This document shows positions 25,526-36,990 of a stretch of 64,000 bases of DNA, piece after piece (positions within the stretch are counted from its first letter, which is position 1; each line of letters begins with the position of its first letter). The notes beneath the pieces were generated by a model. It did not search any database. It was not told the DNA's origin and saw only the letters and a list, made by a program, of their open reading frames with translations. The stretch lies in the NCBI RefSeq assembly GCF_963853765.1, contig NC_088853.1:75702001-75766000 (forward strand), given 5' to 3'. This stretch comes from Magallana gigas (taxonomy: Eukaryota). The position numbers and the translations under genes are program-made.

Positions 25526-26294
25526 GTATAAGGTGTAGGGTTATGGTTGTTAGGGTCAGAGTGTGAATGTTGGAGTTTAAATTAAAGCGTGAATGGTTGT
25601 GAGGGTCAGGGTGTAGTAAATCAATGTATGGTATGGTGAAATGGTGTATGGTGAGGGGTTGGCGTATAGGATGTTGAATATAAGATTTGAAGGTCAGGAT
25701 GTAAGTCAATAGCTTTACTGTATGATATAACAGCAATGGTTTACTGTAAAGAATGTAGGGTGTAAGGTATAAGGGGTTGAGGGTAAGGGTATTGGTGAAC
25801 AACTGTGTAGTAGGGTCAAGTGATAAAACATAATGGAATGGTGTGTAGGGTAAAGGGTGTGAGGGTCAGGTGTTGTAGTGAATGACTGTATAGAAGGGTG
25901 TAGTGTTGAGGTTTATGATATAGGGTGTATGGTATTGGCTGTGAGGGTCAGGTGTTATAGTGAGTAACTGTTTATTAGGGTGTACTGTGGAGGTTGATGA
26001 TACAAGTTTTAGGGCATGGTGTGTAAGGTATAGGGTGTGGGGGTCAAGGATATAGTGAATGACTGTATAGTACGGTGTAATGTTGAGGTTTATGATATAG
26101 GGTGTAGGTTATATGGTGTGAGGGTCAGGGTGTAGTATTGAAGGTTAATGGTATAGGTTGTTGGGTGTAGAGTATAGGGTGTGAGGGTCAGGGTTTGAGG
26201 GTTAGGGTGTAGGTAAATAATTGTATGGTGAAATGTATAAGATGTGGTGTAGGGTATAAGGTGTGAGGCTGTAGGGTGTGAGGGTGAAGGGAAA
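25526..26294. repeat. G/T-rich degenerate minisatellite (TGTGAGGGTCAGG, GGGTGTAG units)
   Basis: Strong strand asymmetry (C-poor on +) with recurrent TGTGAGGGTCAGG and TTATGATATAGGGTGTA blocks. Confidence 0.7.
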
Positions 26295-26404
26295 GGTTTA
26301 TAGCAGGGGCTGACAAATACATTTTTAAAGCACTTGCCCTCGGGCAAGTGACTAGGCAAAATTCACTTGCCCTACCTTAATATCTACTTGCCCCACCTAA
26401 ATCT

Positions 26405-26827
26405 TTATTTTGATAGAATAAAAATTTTCATATAAAGTGTTGGGTACTTGTTTATTTCATTTTTCATACACTTCAAATTCATCATAGTTATACAAATCAT
26501 TTTCATTTTGTCTGGTTTTCTCTCAGGGGCCTGATGTCCATTCACATGTCTACCCCTGGATGACCTTAACCAGTGTTCTATTGCCTTGGAGGCCTTAAAT
26601 TCATGGAGGGGTGGGCCTTCAACCATAACATTTATCTGAGCTTGCAAATTTTTCTGACTTAAGTTTGATCTTAGTCTTGTTTTCATTAATTTCGTGCTTG
26701 AAAAAACTCTCTCACATTTTGCTGAACTACAACTAACAATCAACATTAAATCTATGACTTTCTGCAAATGTGTAAACTTTGGGGAAGCTGTTTCAGACAC
26801 TAGCAAATATGCCTCATAGATAGACAT
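26405..26827 (-). pseudogene. hAT C-terminal dimerisation domain
   Basis: SSAKCERVFSSTKLMKTRLRSNL...VEGPPLHEF...AIEHW. Confidence 0.85.
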
Positions 26828-26908
26828 AGTTTTATATTAATGTGCATACATACTTTCAAATCAAGATATTCATTTTAAATTGAATCCTTAGTTTCATCAA
26901 GTATAGGT

Positions 26909-27200
26909 TCAAAGAATTTCGTAGAAAGAATTGTTTTTTACGTTGCCAACCGCAGGAAATTCCCTGCAAATTGTGCAGTACATTGTTTCATTTATATCGT
27001 CATGTGGTACCCAAGGCCAGGTTTCCTCCCACGTTTTCACGTAGCATCTTTTCCGTTTTGTCTTTTCGTATTTACCATGTTTCGCTAATGTAGTTTCGTT
27101 GTTGTTTTTATCAGCTGTCTGATCATCTGTACTTTTTTCTTCGTTTTTGTTACAAACTTGTCCATCGTCAAGCTCTATCCCGCCGTATGTCATATGTACA
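26909..27200 (-). pseudogene. hAT N-terminal TTF-type zinc-finger fragment
   Basis: KRCYVKTWEETWPWV...MYCTICREF; the catalytic core between this and the dimerisation domain is missing. Confidence 0.65.
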
Positions 27201-27383
27201 CGTTTTTTCCGCGCTTTACCTTTACTTTTTACAGAGACTTGAAAAAGCGTTTTTGTGACTAAAGTTAGCACTCGGCACACCTCGGCCAATTCGTATCTCA
27301 TAGTTTGATGTAGGTTACGGAATCGACCGAGGTTTGCCGAATGTAAAGTTAGATGATAAATTATTAACTCGTAAATAAATCTA

Positions 27384-28474
27384 TTTTTAACCGGGTTTTC
27401 CAACGGAAAAATCCGGTTATTAAAATGGTGAAAATGGCGGGCGGGCGGGCGGGCGGGCGGCTGCCAAAAGGGTACCCTCATTGTACGGATAACTCCTCCT
27501 ACAGTTTTCAAGATAGGAAGTTGTTCTTTTGCAGATCAATTGTACATATATCAGAGGTGTGCATATTGCTAGGATTTTGATTTCTGATAATTTATCGAAA
27601 AAATACCAGCTTTTGAACTTAGTCATTTTTTGGCAAAATATTGCATATAGGGTACCCTCATTGTACGGATAACTCCTCCTACAGTTCTCAAGATAGGAAG
27701 TTGTTCTTTTGCAGATCAATTGTACATATATCAGAGGTGTGCATATTGTTAGGATTTTGATTTCTGATAATTTATCGAAAAAATACCAGCTTTTGAACTT
27801 AGTCATTTTTTGGCAAAATGTTGCATATAGGGTACCCTCATTGTACGGATAACTCCTCCTACAGTTCTCAAAATAGGAAGTTGTTCTTTTGCAGATCAAT
27901 TGTACATATATCAGAGGTGTGCATATTGCTAGGATTTTGATTTCTGATAATTTATCGAAAAAATACCAGCTTTTGAACTTAGTCATTTTTTGGCAAAATG
28001 TTGCATATAGGGTACCCTCATTGTACGGATAACTCCTCCTACAGTTCTCAAAATAGGAAGTTGTTCTTTTGCAGATCAATTGTACATATATCAGAGGTGT
28101 GCATATTGCTAGGATTTTGATTTCTGATAATTTATCGAAAAAATACCAGCTTTTGAACTTAGTCATTTTTTGGCAAAATATTGCATATAGGGTACCCTCA
28201 TTGTACGGATAACTCCTCCTACAGTTCTCAAGATAGGAAGTTGCTCTTTTGCAGATCAATTGTACATATATCAGAGGTGTGCATATTGCTAGGATTTTGA
28301 TTTCCGATAAATTATGAAAAAAATACTAGCTTTTGAACTTACTATTTTTTGGCAAAATGTTGCATATACATGTAGGGTACTCCATTTCACTGGATAAGGG
28401 TTGACATGGATTATGGATACAGTTTACATAAAAGAAAACCCGGTTTGCTGTCACATTGACAGCTTTTCACTTGT
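27384..28474 (+). mobile_element. HINE inserted in the hAT element, with five near-identical 180-bp tandem units
   Basis: 5' hairpin AACCGGGTTTTCC/GGAAAAATCCGGTT, (GCGG)n microsatellite, units starting GGTACCCTCA at 27471, 27651, 27831, 28011 and 28191, then 3' AAACCCGGTT and hairpin GCTGTCACATTGACAGC. Confidence 0.88.
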
Positions 28475-28715
28475 CAGTGTAGTCGTTTGTTGTGTTTAAA
28501 AAATTCACTTGCCCTCGGGCAAGTTCCTACTGATTTTTTACTTGCCCGATCGCAAAAAGCACTAGCCCCGGGCGTCGGGCAATCGGATTTGTCAGCCCCT
28601 GGGTTTATAGTTAAATGAAGATAAAAGAATAAAAGCCAGTTTCATTTTATTCATAATGTTCATGCTATGAGATAAAATGAGAACTAAAAAGAGTTGTTTT
28701 GTTAAAATAGCAAAA

Positions 28716-30900
28716 TGGTGGGTATCCAAAATTTTAAAAAATGATGGTGTGAAAGATCGCATATAAAGCGAGGGATCGAAGCTAGACGTTCGCGGGGATT
28801 TTACTATTTATTTACAAGACAAAGTAAAGAAAATAGTAAAGAAGAAAAGAGCAATCAGTGAAAGAGCAAAGCTCCAGAAAGAGCTAGACAACTTGGTTTG
28901 GGATGTTTTGGAATGAAAGTCTGCAATTTCTTTGTGTAAAAAGAAAAGCATGGTCTCTGTTCACTGAGTATTTGCTACCCCTTTTTGTTAACCTTTTGTT
29001 AGTAAAAGGGAATACGTAAAAGTAATGAAAGGTAAAAGTAGATATTTATTATATTAAACAAATCTATAGAAACGTTAAGATTTAATAATTTTTTAACAAG
29101 AAGGTCCAGAAGATAATGTTAATGATTGATACGTTGTGGTATGACTATGATTATGATGTGGACGGTATAGTAGCAACTTTAGACCGATTTACAAGTATTT
29201 CGGCTTTCTTTACGTATTTAGGAATTTTACCTAGAGAGAAATTAAGTCTCAGCAAGCAAAGTCGACAACATTGTCAGGACCATTTACCTCTAGCTAATTT
29301 CTCTAGAAAGGGACTTGAATGCCCAAGGTGGAGTGTGAGTATAAAACTTTTTGAAGGTGATGGTTTTGAATTTCACCTGGCTTTATTACCAGAACCTCAT
29401 TGGACACATTTTCAGCACGTAAATGAATTACTTCTACAAAAGCACCAATACAATTTTTACGATACTTTCCGAAAACTCTTTCCGACATGTAACTCAATCT
29501 TTGCTGCCAGCTGATATATCTAGAGGTACATTTAAGAAAAATTCAATAATAAACATCCGAAAATGGAGGGTGTTACCAGATGACCGAGCTCTTTTGTTAC
29601 ATCTTATGAAGCGCTTCTATGAACGCCACATGGAGAGGAATTTCAGGCAACAATTTTAGCTTTTCAATTAGGTCAAAATGACACTTCTGATGAAGTAGAC
29701 GTTAATGCATTTGATGTAAATGAAGCTACCATTTCTATTCATGCTGCATCTCATCAAAGGTATTTGATCAACACTTCTTATGGTTCAGATTCGGTTTACA
29801 AGAGGTCGTCGGTGAGCGTGGAACATTTACCACGGCACTAACTTTGAGTTCCTGGGCAAACTTAGATGGACGAGTAACTGGCATTACCAAAGAACTTCGC
29901 AAAATTTGCAAAACTCTTCATGTTCTAAATTTTATTTAATTCTACACGTATACACCACATTTCAGTTCATTGTATATACATCCGACCTTTGGATGCATAG
30001 TTACCACTGGTATTCTGCATGTAGAAAGCATAAAGAGTATGGAAAGAAAGAGTAAAGCGTATTATATATATGTGAAGAAAACTGTCTCAAACCTAGCAAG
30101 GCCAACGCTAGGGTTGAAATAGTTGCCTTGCAAAAGAACGGTTCAAAAACATTATCGCAAAGGCGTTTATTGATTGTTTTGCGCTTCAGAATTGTATTTA
30201 GAAGTACCCACTGTTGGTGCCATTTACGAACAAAATATCATCACTTGATTCTAAGTGACTTTTCTGGGATTTTTACCTAGTATACCAATAGGCGGGTCTT
30301 GGAATTGATTGAAGAGGAGAGGAAATATACGATATTTTAATAAAGGGATTTCGAAGTTTAAATATTACTTTCTTTCCTTATCTATCATTTTACGACGGAA
30401 ATAGAAATCCTAAAATAGCTTGGAAAGGCACCGGCTTTTTGAAAATATTACATGAACATTCTCGTCAAGTTTCTGTTGAAAAATGTATAGAAGTCACCGG
30501 TCTTGTAATTCATTCTCTAGAATCAGAAGGATAACTTCATAATTCTTTTCCCTACCATGGATTCCAGAGATTCTTTGCAATTTGAAAGAACAACGTATTG
30601 ACAATAAGTTGCTGACAGAAACTTGTACATATGTTTCATGTATTTAACTAATGCAAAATAATTGGTATTGTTTCCTACGAAAATGTCCACAAGTATCATT
30701 TGATGATTCACAAGAAACTCCCAAATTTGACAAATAATCTTCAGAAACATGACCTTCTTTTTAACTTAAGACTTGAATTTTTCCCTCATTTAATTGTAAT
30801 GAAATGACATGAGAATCTCCCGTATTTATTGAATACGCATGAAGAAACATACGAGCGACTTGAAAAGCTTAATGATGACCCGAGAGTGTAAACAATTCAG
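28716..30900 (+). pseudogene. Degenerate coding region of unknown function upstream of the outer pPolB
   Basis: Overlapping + ORF fragments 29116-29514 and 29423-29659, plus further coding-like stretches with stops (e.g. FIQFYTYTPH at ~29930). No family recognised with confidence. Confidence 0.45.
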
Positions 30901-32734
30901 ATGAGGTCAATAGAATGAACCCTGATCTTGATATTTGCTTGTTGAAATCTTACATGTTGTAAAACTCTTCAAACCAAAGTCTCTAAACGCTGCTTATAAT
31001 CAGTTTAGTAAATCAAGTATCTCTATATACTTTTAGGGGAAAATTTAACCACCACCATGATGGCTAGAGGGGGATCTTTTTCATCCTCACCAACGGAAAG
31101 AATGTTCGCTGGATGCACTCTGGCAGATACAGTGCTGCTATCGTGAAAGTTGACAAAACTATCCTATCCTGCAAATAAGCTCTATCCTTCCCTATCCTTT
31201 CAAAATAAAGGAATGCAAGTTAAATGAAACGAAATTTAAGAATTGAATTATTTCATCAATTAATGAAGTACTCAAAAAATTAATTAAATCTTAAAACCGA
31301 ATATTCTTCGAGCGGGATAACTTACTTCCTGTGCTACGGTAAAATTAAATCGTACGCAGGATGGACACAATAACGTAGACAAACAGGTACGCGATTCGAT
31401 TTTTGATTTTATTATATTTATGCATGAAAAAACAGATAAATAACTTCGATGCACTTATTGGGGAACTGTTTAGTCACATTTTTTATCAAATCATTTTCTT
31501 ATCACATATAACTGAGCGTAATTATCATAATTCGAGCAATTCGTTCGGCGATAAATGTAAACCGATCTGGAAATAAATAATTCGTTTAGGAAGTTTATAT
31601 CGTTTATAGTTAAACCACTCGGAGTTATTTTTAAAGTATAAATTCTTAAGCATTTATAGCTAGCCAACATTTATTAATTCAATATGTTCAGGCTAATATC
31701 GGACAGAAATATGCGTCCCTGTTATTGGGCATCGAAGAAATTATATGAAACGTGAAGCAATGTCTGTTTCTTGTATACATGTTTATCTTTTAAATTGCCG
31801 AATATGTCGTTTATAAATTCAAGCTTTTCATTACTTTGCAGACTTTAAATGAAGTAAATACAGGAATCTATTTCTGACGTTGTCAAATCTCGCAGTGACT
31901 CCGTACTTGCGTACGAATTGACAAAGATGTAGCGCCGACATTTTAGGTAGCAAGGGACAGTTTCGAATAAAGTACCCGTCAATATTTTTGTAAAATTGAG
32001 AGTTGCTGTACTTGAAGGCTTATGAGTGTTGCTAAAATTCATGAAATGATTTTTAATGATTATCATTAGTTAGAGGGGTGTCTCTTGTTGAAATTGATAT
32101 GCAATATGTAGGCCCCTTATGTTAGGTACATGAGAATCAGAAGTAAAATGCGAAACCTGCGGCTATGACTGTTGTGCTGACTTTACACAGTGAAATTGCA
32201 AGTTACAGACGGGAGGTAAAATAACACGAAAAGTAGGTGGATGGGACATTGAAAACTATACACCGGTAAGTTTGTGACATGTGATAGTGCAACATGCACG
32301 CGGTACGGAAGGTCAACCCTCTGCAGGGAATAAGCTGGGGGAGGTCTAAAAAGCTGAAAAATCACGAAAAATTAGCAAAATATGAAAGGGTCAAAATCTC
32401 ATAAAAACCAGTATGTAGAGAATTTTACAGGTTTTGATTAGTAATTTTCTTCAGAAATTGGTGATCGGCCTTATAAAGAGTGAATTAAAGGTATTTGAGC
32501 TGAATGGGAACTGAGGAAATTCTAGTTACAGAGTTCCGAAGACATGCATCCCTTGGCTACAATGAATTGTATAAAAAAAACTGTCCCCTGCCACCTTAGT
32601 GCACATCAATGTTATGCACCGCGTTCTTGATATACTAATTTTTCTTGGTTTAACTTGTAAAACGTGTTAAATTGACATTGAAAATACATGGTTAAGCCAA
32701 TTTTCGGTTAGCAAAAAAACTCTGAAATTTATAC

Positions 32735-33390
32735 TCAAATCTGATTGGCTACAGGATACGATAGGATAGAACTTAACTTTTCTATTTCTATCATGTATCG
32801 TGCATCCTCTCCTATCCTATCCTTGTAAACTTTCAGGATAGCGGCACTGTATTGGTTAACACCTTCTCGAATTCTCTCTTCTGACATTTCCAGTTTGTTT
32901 GCAGTTCTTTTAAAAATTATCTCGGAAAATTTATAATTCTTGCATAAAATATAATTGCCACCAGGCACCACGTGAATAGTATGAGGGCTAGCATTTCGAG
33001 CGGATCCTTATATCCTGAAATGATCCAAACTCTAAAGACCCTGTCCGAACAGGTGATTTGAATTGCCAGGTGGGGGATAAGACCCTGACAATAATCCAAA
33101 CTTAAAAGATCCTGCCCGTTCCGGATTCGAATTAAATACTTGCTCATTAAAGGTGACTTTTAAGTAGACCCTATTTCTACTTCACAAAGCTTTATATTGA
33201 TACAAGAGTATATGGTATAAAATGAGGGACAAGCCCCTACAGGCGACTGATAATTAAACCCGATTAACCCAATCACGGTAAGAAACAAATCATCGAGGTT
33301 TATAGTGAAGCCATAGACGAGGAGAGGTATGACTGTATTTCTATACATTTATTTGTTCATGTTATATTAACCAATGCTTTCTTATTTCTT
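32735..33390 (-). pseudogene. Degenerate unknown gene divergent from the outer pPolB
   Basis: Three abutting minus-strand ORF fragments (33160-33348, 32917-33147, 32735-32971). Confidence 0.3.
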
Positions 33391-33464
33391 ATCATTTTGT
33401 TTTTTTTATATTATATTTTTGGAGGCTTAAAAATTCGGTTATATCTAATCGACTACATTTGTTA

Positions 33465-34442
33465 CCTTGTAGGGTCCATTTGCCTGAATTCATAACGCAA
33501 AACAAAAATCTTCGTGCGCTTGTCAACAACAGTAACGGCAAATGATATGAAGACAATTTAGGAATTTTCCGCTGTTTGGCGCTGCATAAGGGACATTTAT
33601 CAAATTTGGAGACACGAACCAAAAGTTTATATGAGGCTTGGTGACAGTATCTACAAAATCAGGACGATCAGCACGAATGCCCTCCGTATGATGAGTATCA
33701 TGGACTTGATTTAATTCGAGAAATACACGAGTTTGAAAAATGTTTTGAAGTTTGTGTTAACATTTTTAATTTGCGAGAAGATGGAACAACGCTTCCAGAG
33801 AGACGGAGTGTATGTAGATTGAAAGAGCAAATGAACTTGAACAGATGTGAAAGCCATTTGTCCTACATAACGAATTAAAAGGCCTATTCCAAGAAATATC
33901 AGTGTCAAATCTGCGAGACATTTTTCCCCACAGCCTGGTTGTGTTTAAAACATGAACGGATTTGCAGCAATAAAACGAAATTTAAATTTCTTGGAGGATT
34001 TCACGTAGGGAAAGAAAACATATTCGAGCAGTTTTTTTTGAGCAGGAATTTGGTTGTGTTGTCCCCGCACATGATAGAGTTTATGAATGGTTCATAGTAT
34101 TAGATTTTGAAGCAATTTCACGTCCGGAATCTTGACATAACACGCGACAGGAAATTACAGTGCCAAGCTGAGCACGTTCCTATTTCTGTGAGTGTTTATT
34201 CAAATGTGGAGCACTACAAAGAACCCATTTGTTTTGTTGAAGAAGATCCGGACAAATTGATTCAAGTGATGGTGACCTACATGGAGGAGATTGCAACTCA
34301 CTGCAAATCACTAGCGCTGTACAAATGGGGTGCAGTATTAGAGAATTTAGAAGAAAAACTAGACTATTGGAGACAAGAAGAGGAGAAGGCTGAAAATAGT
34401 TTAGCCCCAATAATGATGATAAACAAGTTGCTGACCTTTAAA
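33465..34442 (+). pseudogene. Outer element: N-terminal part of a protein-primed DNA polymerase B (Polinton group-2 type), decayed
   Basis: Fragments GRVHLPEFITQN...YEDNLGIFRCLALHKG, HEFEKCFEVCVNIFNL...HLSYITN*KAYSKKYQCQIC, LDFEAI and HVPISVSVYSNV...EPICFVEEDPDKLI, with stops and frameshifts; ends ...NKLLTFK at the Helentron junction. Confidence 0.75.
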
Positions 34443-34547
34443 AAAGGACTACAATACGTGGACCATTGGCATGTGTTTAATATAAGAAACTAATTAAGAA
34501 TTTTTAGTGAAACACTTATGCCCCTTGCCTTACAATATCTGCGAAGA

Positions 34548-34751
34548 AAGTGAAAAGCTGTCAATGTGACAGCAAACCAGGTTTTCTATCCATAAACCAT
34601 GTCAACCCTCAATTAATAAACACTAATCTACCTACCGTATCCAATGAAATGGAGTACGATAAATGCAATATTTTGCCAAAAGAAGACTAAGTTCAGAAGC
34701 TGGTATTTTTTCATAAATTATCAGAAATCAAAATCCTAGCAATATGCAAAC

Positions 34752-34829
<78 letters not shown>

Positions 34830-35118
34830 ATTAATCTGCAAAAGAACAACTCCCTATTTTGAAAACTGTAAGAGTAGTTGTTGCAGTGTACAATGAGGGT
34901 ACCCTATATGCAATATTTTGCCAAAAAATGAATAAGTTGACTGTTCAAAAGGCGGTATTTTTCATAAATAATCAGAAATTAAATCTTAGCAATATGCACA
35001 CCTCTGATATATGTGCAATTAATCTGCAAAGAACAACAATATTCTTTTGGCAGCCGCCCGCCCGCCATTTTCATAATTTCAATAACCCTATTTTATGTTG
35101 GAAAATCCGACTAAAAAT
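34548..35118 (-). mobile_element. HINE copy, same family as 27384-28474, opposite orientation
   Basis: AAGTGAAAAGCTGTCAATGTGACAGCAAACC end, about two degenerate 180-bp units, GCCGCCCGCCCGCC, and GGAAAATCCGACTAAAAA end. Confidence 0.8.
34757..34824. repeat. (AT)34 microsatellite
   Basis: Pure AT run inside the HINE unit. Confidence 0.95.
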
Positions 35119-35439
35119 GAACAGAAACTGCAAATCAAGTCCAAGGCACATTACTCTGTCAAAAATTGTTAGATTGTACCCAAAATAAAACTTGACCTAT
35201 ATACTATTACATGCAAGAAAAATCTGTCTACCAAATTATATTTCAATACGTGCAACGTCTGTGAAGATGTACGGATACTGCAAACCAATTGAAATGTTTC
35301 TTCGTCCAAGGGGTATATAACTCTGTCGAAAAACAAACTTAATTAAGGTGGAATAACACATCGTCACAAAATGGCTGACCGCTGATCGAAACGACATTTC
35401 GTTTTATGAAAACGATTTTATGGACTAAAACATGTTGCT

Positions 35440-35512
35440 TACTCTATAGCCCAGTGGATAAAGTGTTGGACTTATGATCCGTACATCCGGAGTTCGAATC
35501 CGCAGGGCCTTT
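35440..35512 (+). other. tRNA-derived (SINE-head-like) sequence
   Basis: A-box-like TAGCCCAGTGG (35447-35457) and B-box-like GGAGTTCGAATCC (35489-35501) at tRNA spacing; the acceptor stem does not pair well. Confidence 0.55.
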
Positions 35513-36329
35513 TGTTGTTACTTACTGGAATAATTATTTAAGATATTCATTTTTTACACCCTAACTGCAAATTGCTCACTTATTTGACATTTGTACAGCT
35601 TATATATCACTATATCTTTCATTATCAAAATATTTCCTGTTAATTTGAGGGACTTTTTCCAGATGCGTTATTCCACCTTAATCAAATCCATAATCGAATT
35701 TGACGTAGATATTATTATCGTAAATCTGTATACCAAATTTTATTTCAATATGCGCAACCGCTGCAAAGAAAAGGAACGGAAACTGTTGGGTGACCAACCG
35801 ACCGAGAAACAGATAGACAGCAGCAAAGCAATACATGTATGCCATTCTTTCTTCAAAAGGGGGGGGGGTATAATGATAATCCCCCTCCCAGTTGTTGTGC
35901 AATATATTAATTTGAAAATTGCACCAATTTCTTGTTTATTTTAATAATTTTCTAATTTTTCATACACAATATTATAAACCATAATAATGAACATCAAAGG
36001 AATAGCAATGTTCATTCTCATTTTAGTGAATTGAGTGACATTTCTGTTAATTTTCAATTAACTTGCTGATGTTCTGATATGAACCTGAAGAACAGACTTC
36101 TTTCATGTTGCTATTCATTTCAATATCTCCTGACAATGATATTATACTGCATAATAGAGGAAACAAATTAAATAAAACTAATTGTACTTTATTAAGAAAA
36201 CTTAAAAACTTGATTGTGAATTACACACAATAAGAAAAAAACCCATTTGTTATAGTTTGCATATCAATCATATTAGATAAGAAACAGCGATTACTACACT
36301 GAAAAAAAAGTACACTCAGTATATCAATT

Positions 36330-36990
36330 GTAATCGAGTTGAATGTTGATACAACTCTTTTGCGAGTTTGTGAACAATAAACAAAACAATAATGATATTT
36401 TTCCAAAGTTCATAGTGGTATAATATCAACTGAATATAAAAAAAGAACTGCGCAAGTCACTGAACAAATTTGATACTTGTTACATCAGTTGCAGTGCAGT
36501 TGAATGTTTATGCAACTCTTTTGCAAGTCTGTCAACAATAAACAAATGATACTCTTCCAAGTTTATATTGGTATAAAATCAATTGAAAAAAAAAAGAACT
36601 GTGCAAGTCACTGAACAAATTTGATACTTGTTACAGCAGTTGCAGTGCAGTTGAATGTTTATGCAACTCTTTTGCAAGTTTGTCAACAAAAAACAAATGA
36701 TACTCTTCCAAGTTTATATTGGTATAAAATCAATTGAATAAAAAAAAAGAACTGTGCAAGTCACTAAACAAATTTGATACTTGTTACAGCAGTTGCAGTG
36801 CAGTTGAATGTTTATGCAACTGTTTCGTAAGTTTGTCAACAATAAACAAAACAATAATGATACTCTTCCAAGTGCATACTCGCCATACTAGTATAAAATC
36901 GATCAAATAAAAAAAGAACTGTGCAAGTCACTGAACAAATTTGATACTTGTTACAGCAGTTGCAGTGGAGTTGAATGTTTATGCAACTCT
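36330..36990. repeat. Tandem ~150-165-bp repeats (4-5 units) in the Helentron 3' region
   Basis: AAAAAAAGAACTG(T/C)GCAAGTCACT(G/A)AACAAATTTGATACTTGTTACA recurs at ~36440, 36587, 36744 and 36910. Confidence 0.9.

Larger units (their letters stand above)
26304..28601 (-). mobile_element. Internally deleted hAT (ZNF862-like) transposon with 15-bp TIRs and 9-bp TSD
   Basis: TIRs CAGGGGCTGACAAAT / ATTTGTCAGCCCCTG; GGTTTATAG at 26295-26303 and 28602-28610; subterminal CACTTGCCC(TCGGGCAAG) repeats at both ends. Confidence 0.88.

Noticed and set aside
25425-26359. Low-complexity ORFs and telomere-like TTAGGG words
   Set aside because: The ORFs are by-products of the G/T-rich minisatellite; TTAGGG occurs only sporadically, not as an array.
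27420-28259. 279-aa minus-strand ORF
   Set aside because: It is only the 180-bp (multiple of 3) HINE tandem unit read through several times; not a gene.
27471-28370. Regular repeat array as a possible CRISPR
   Set aside because: Units are contiguous and near-identical with no unique spacers; eukaryotic context and no cas genes.
35440-35512. Functional tRNA gene
   Set aside because: A/B boxes are present but the acceptor and anticodon stems are not convincingly paired; kept only as tRNA-derived.
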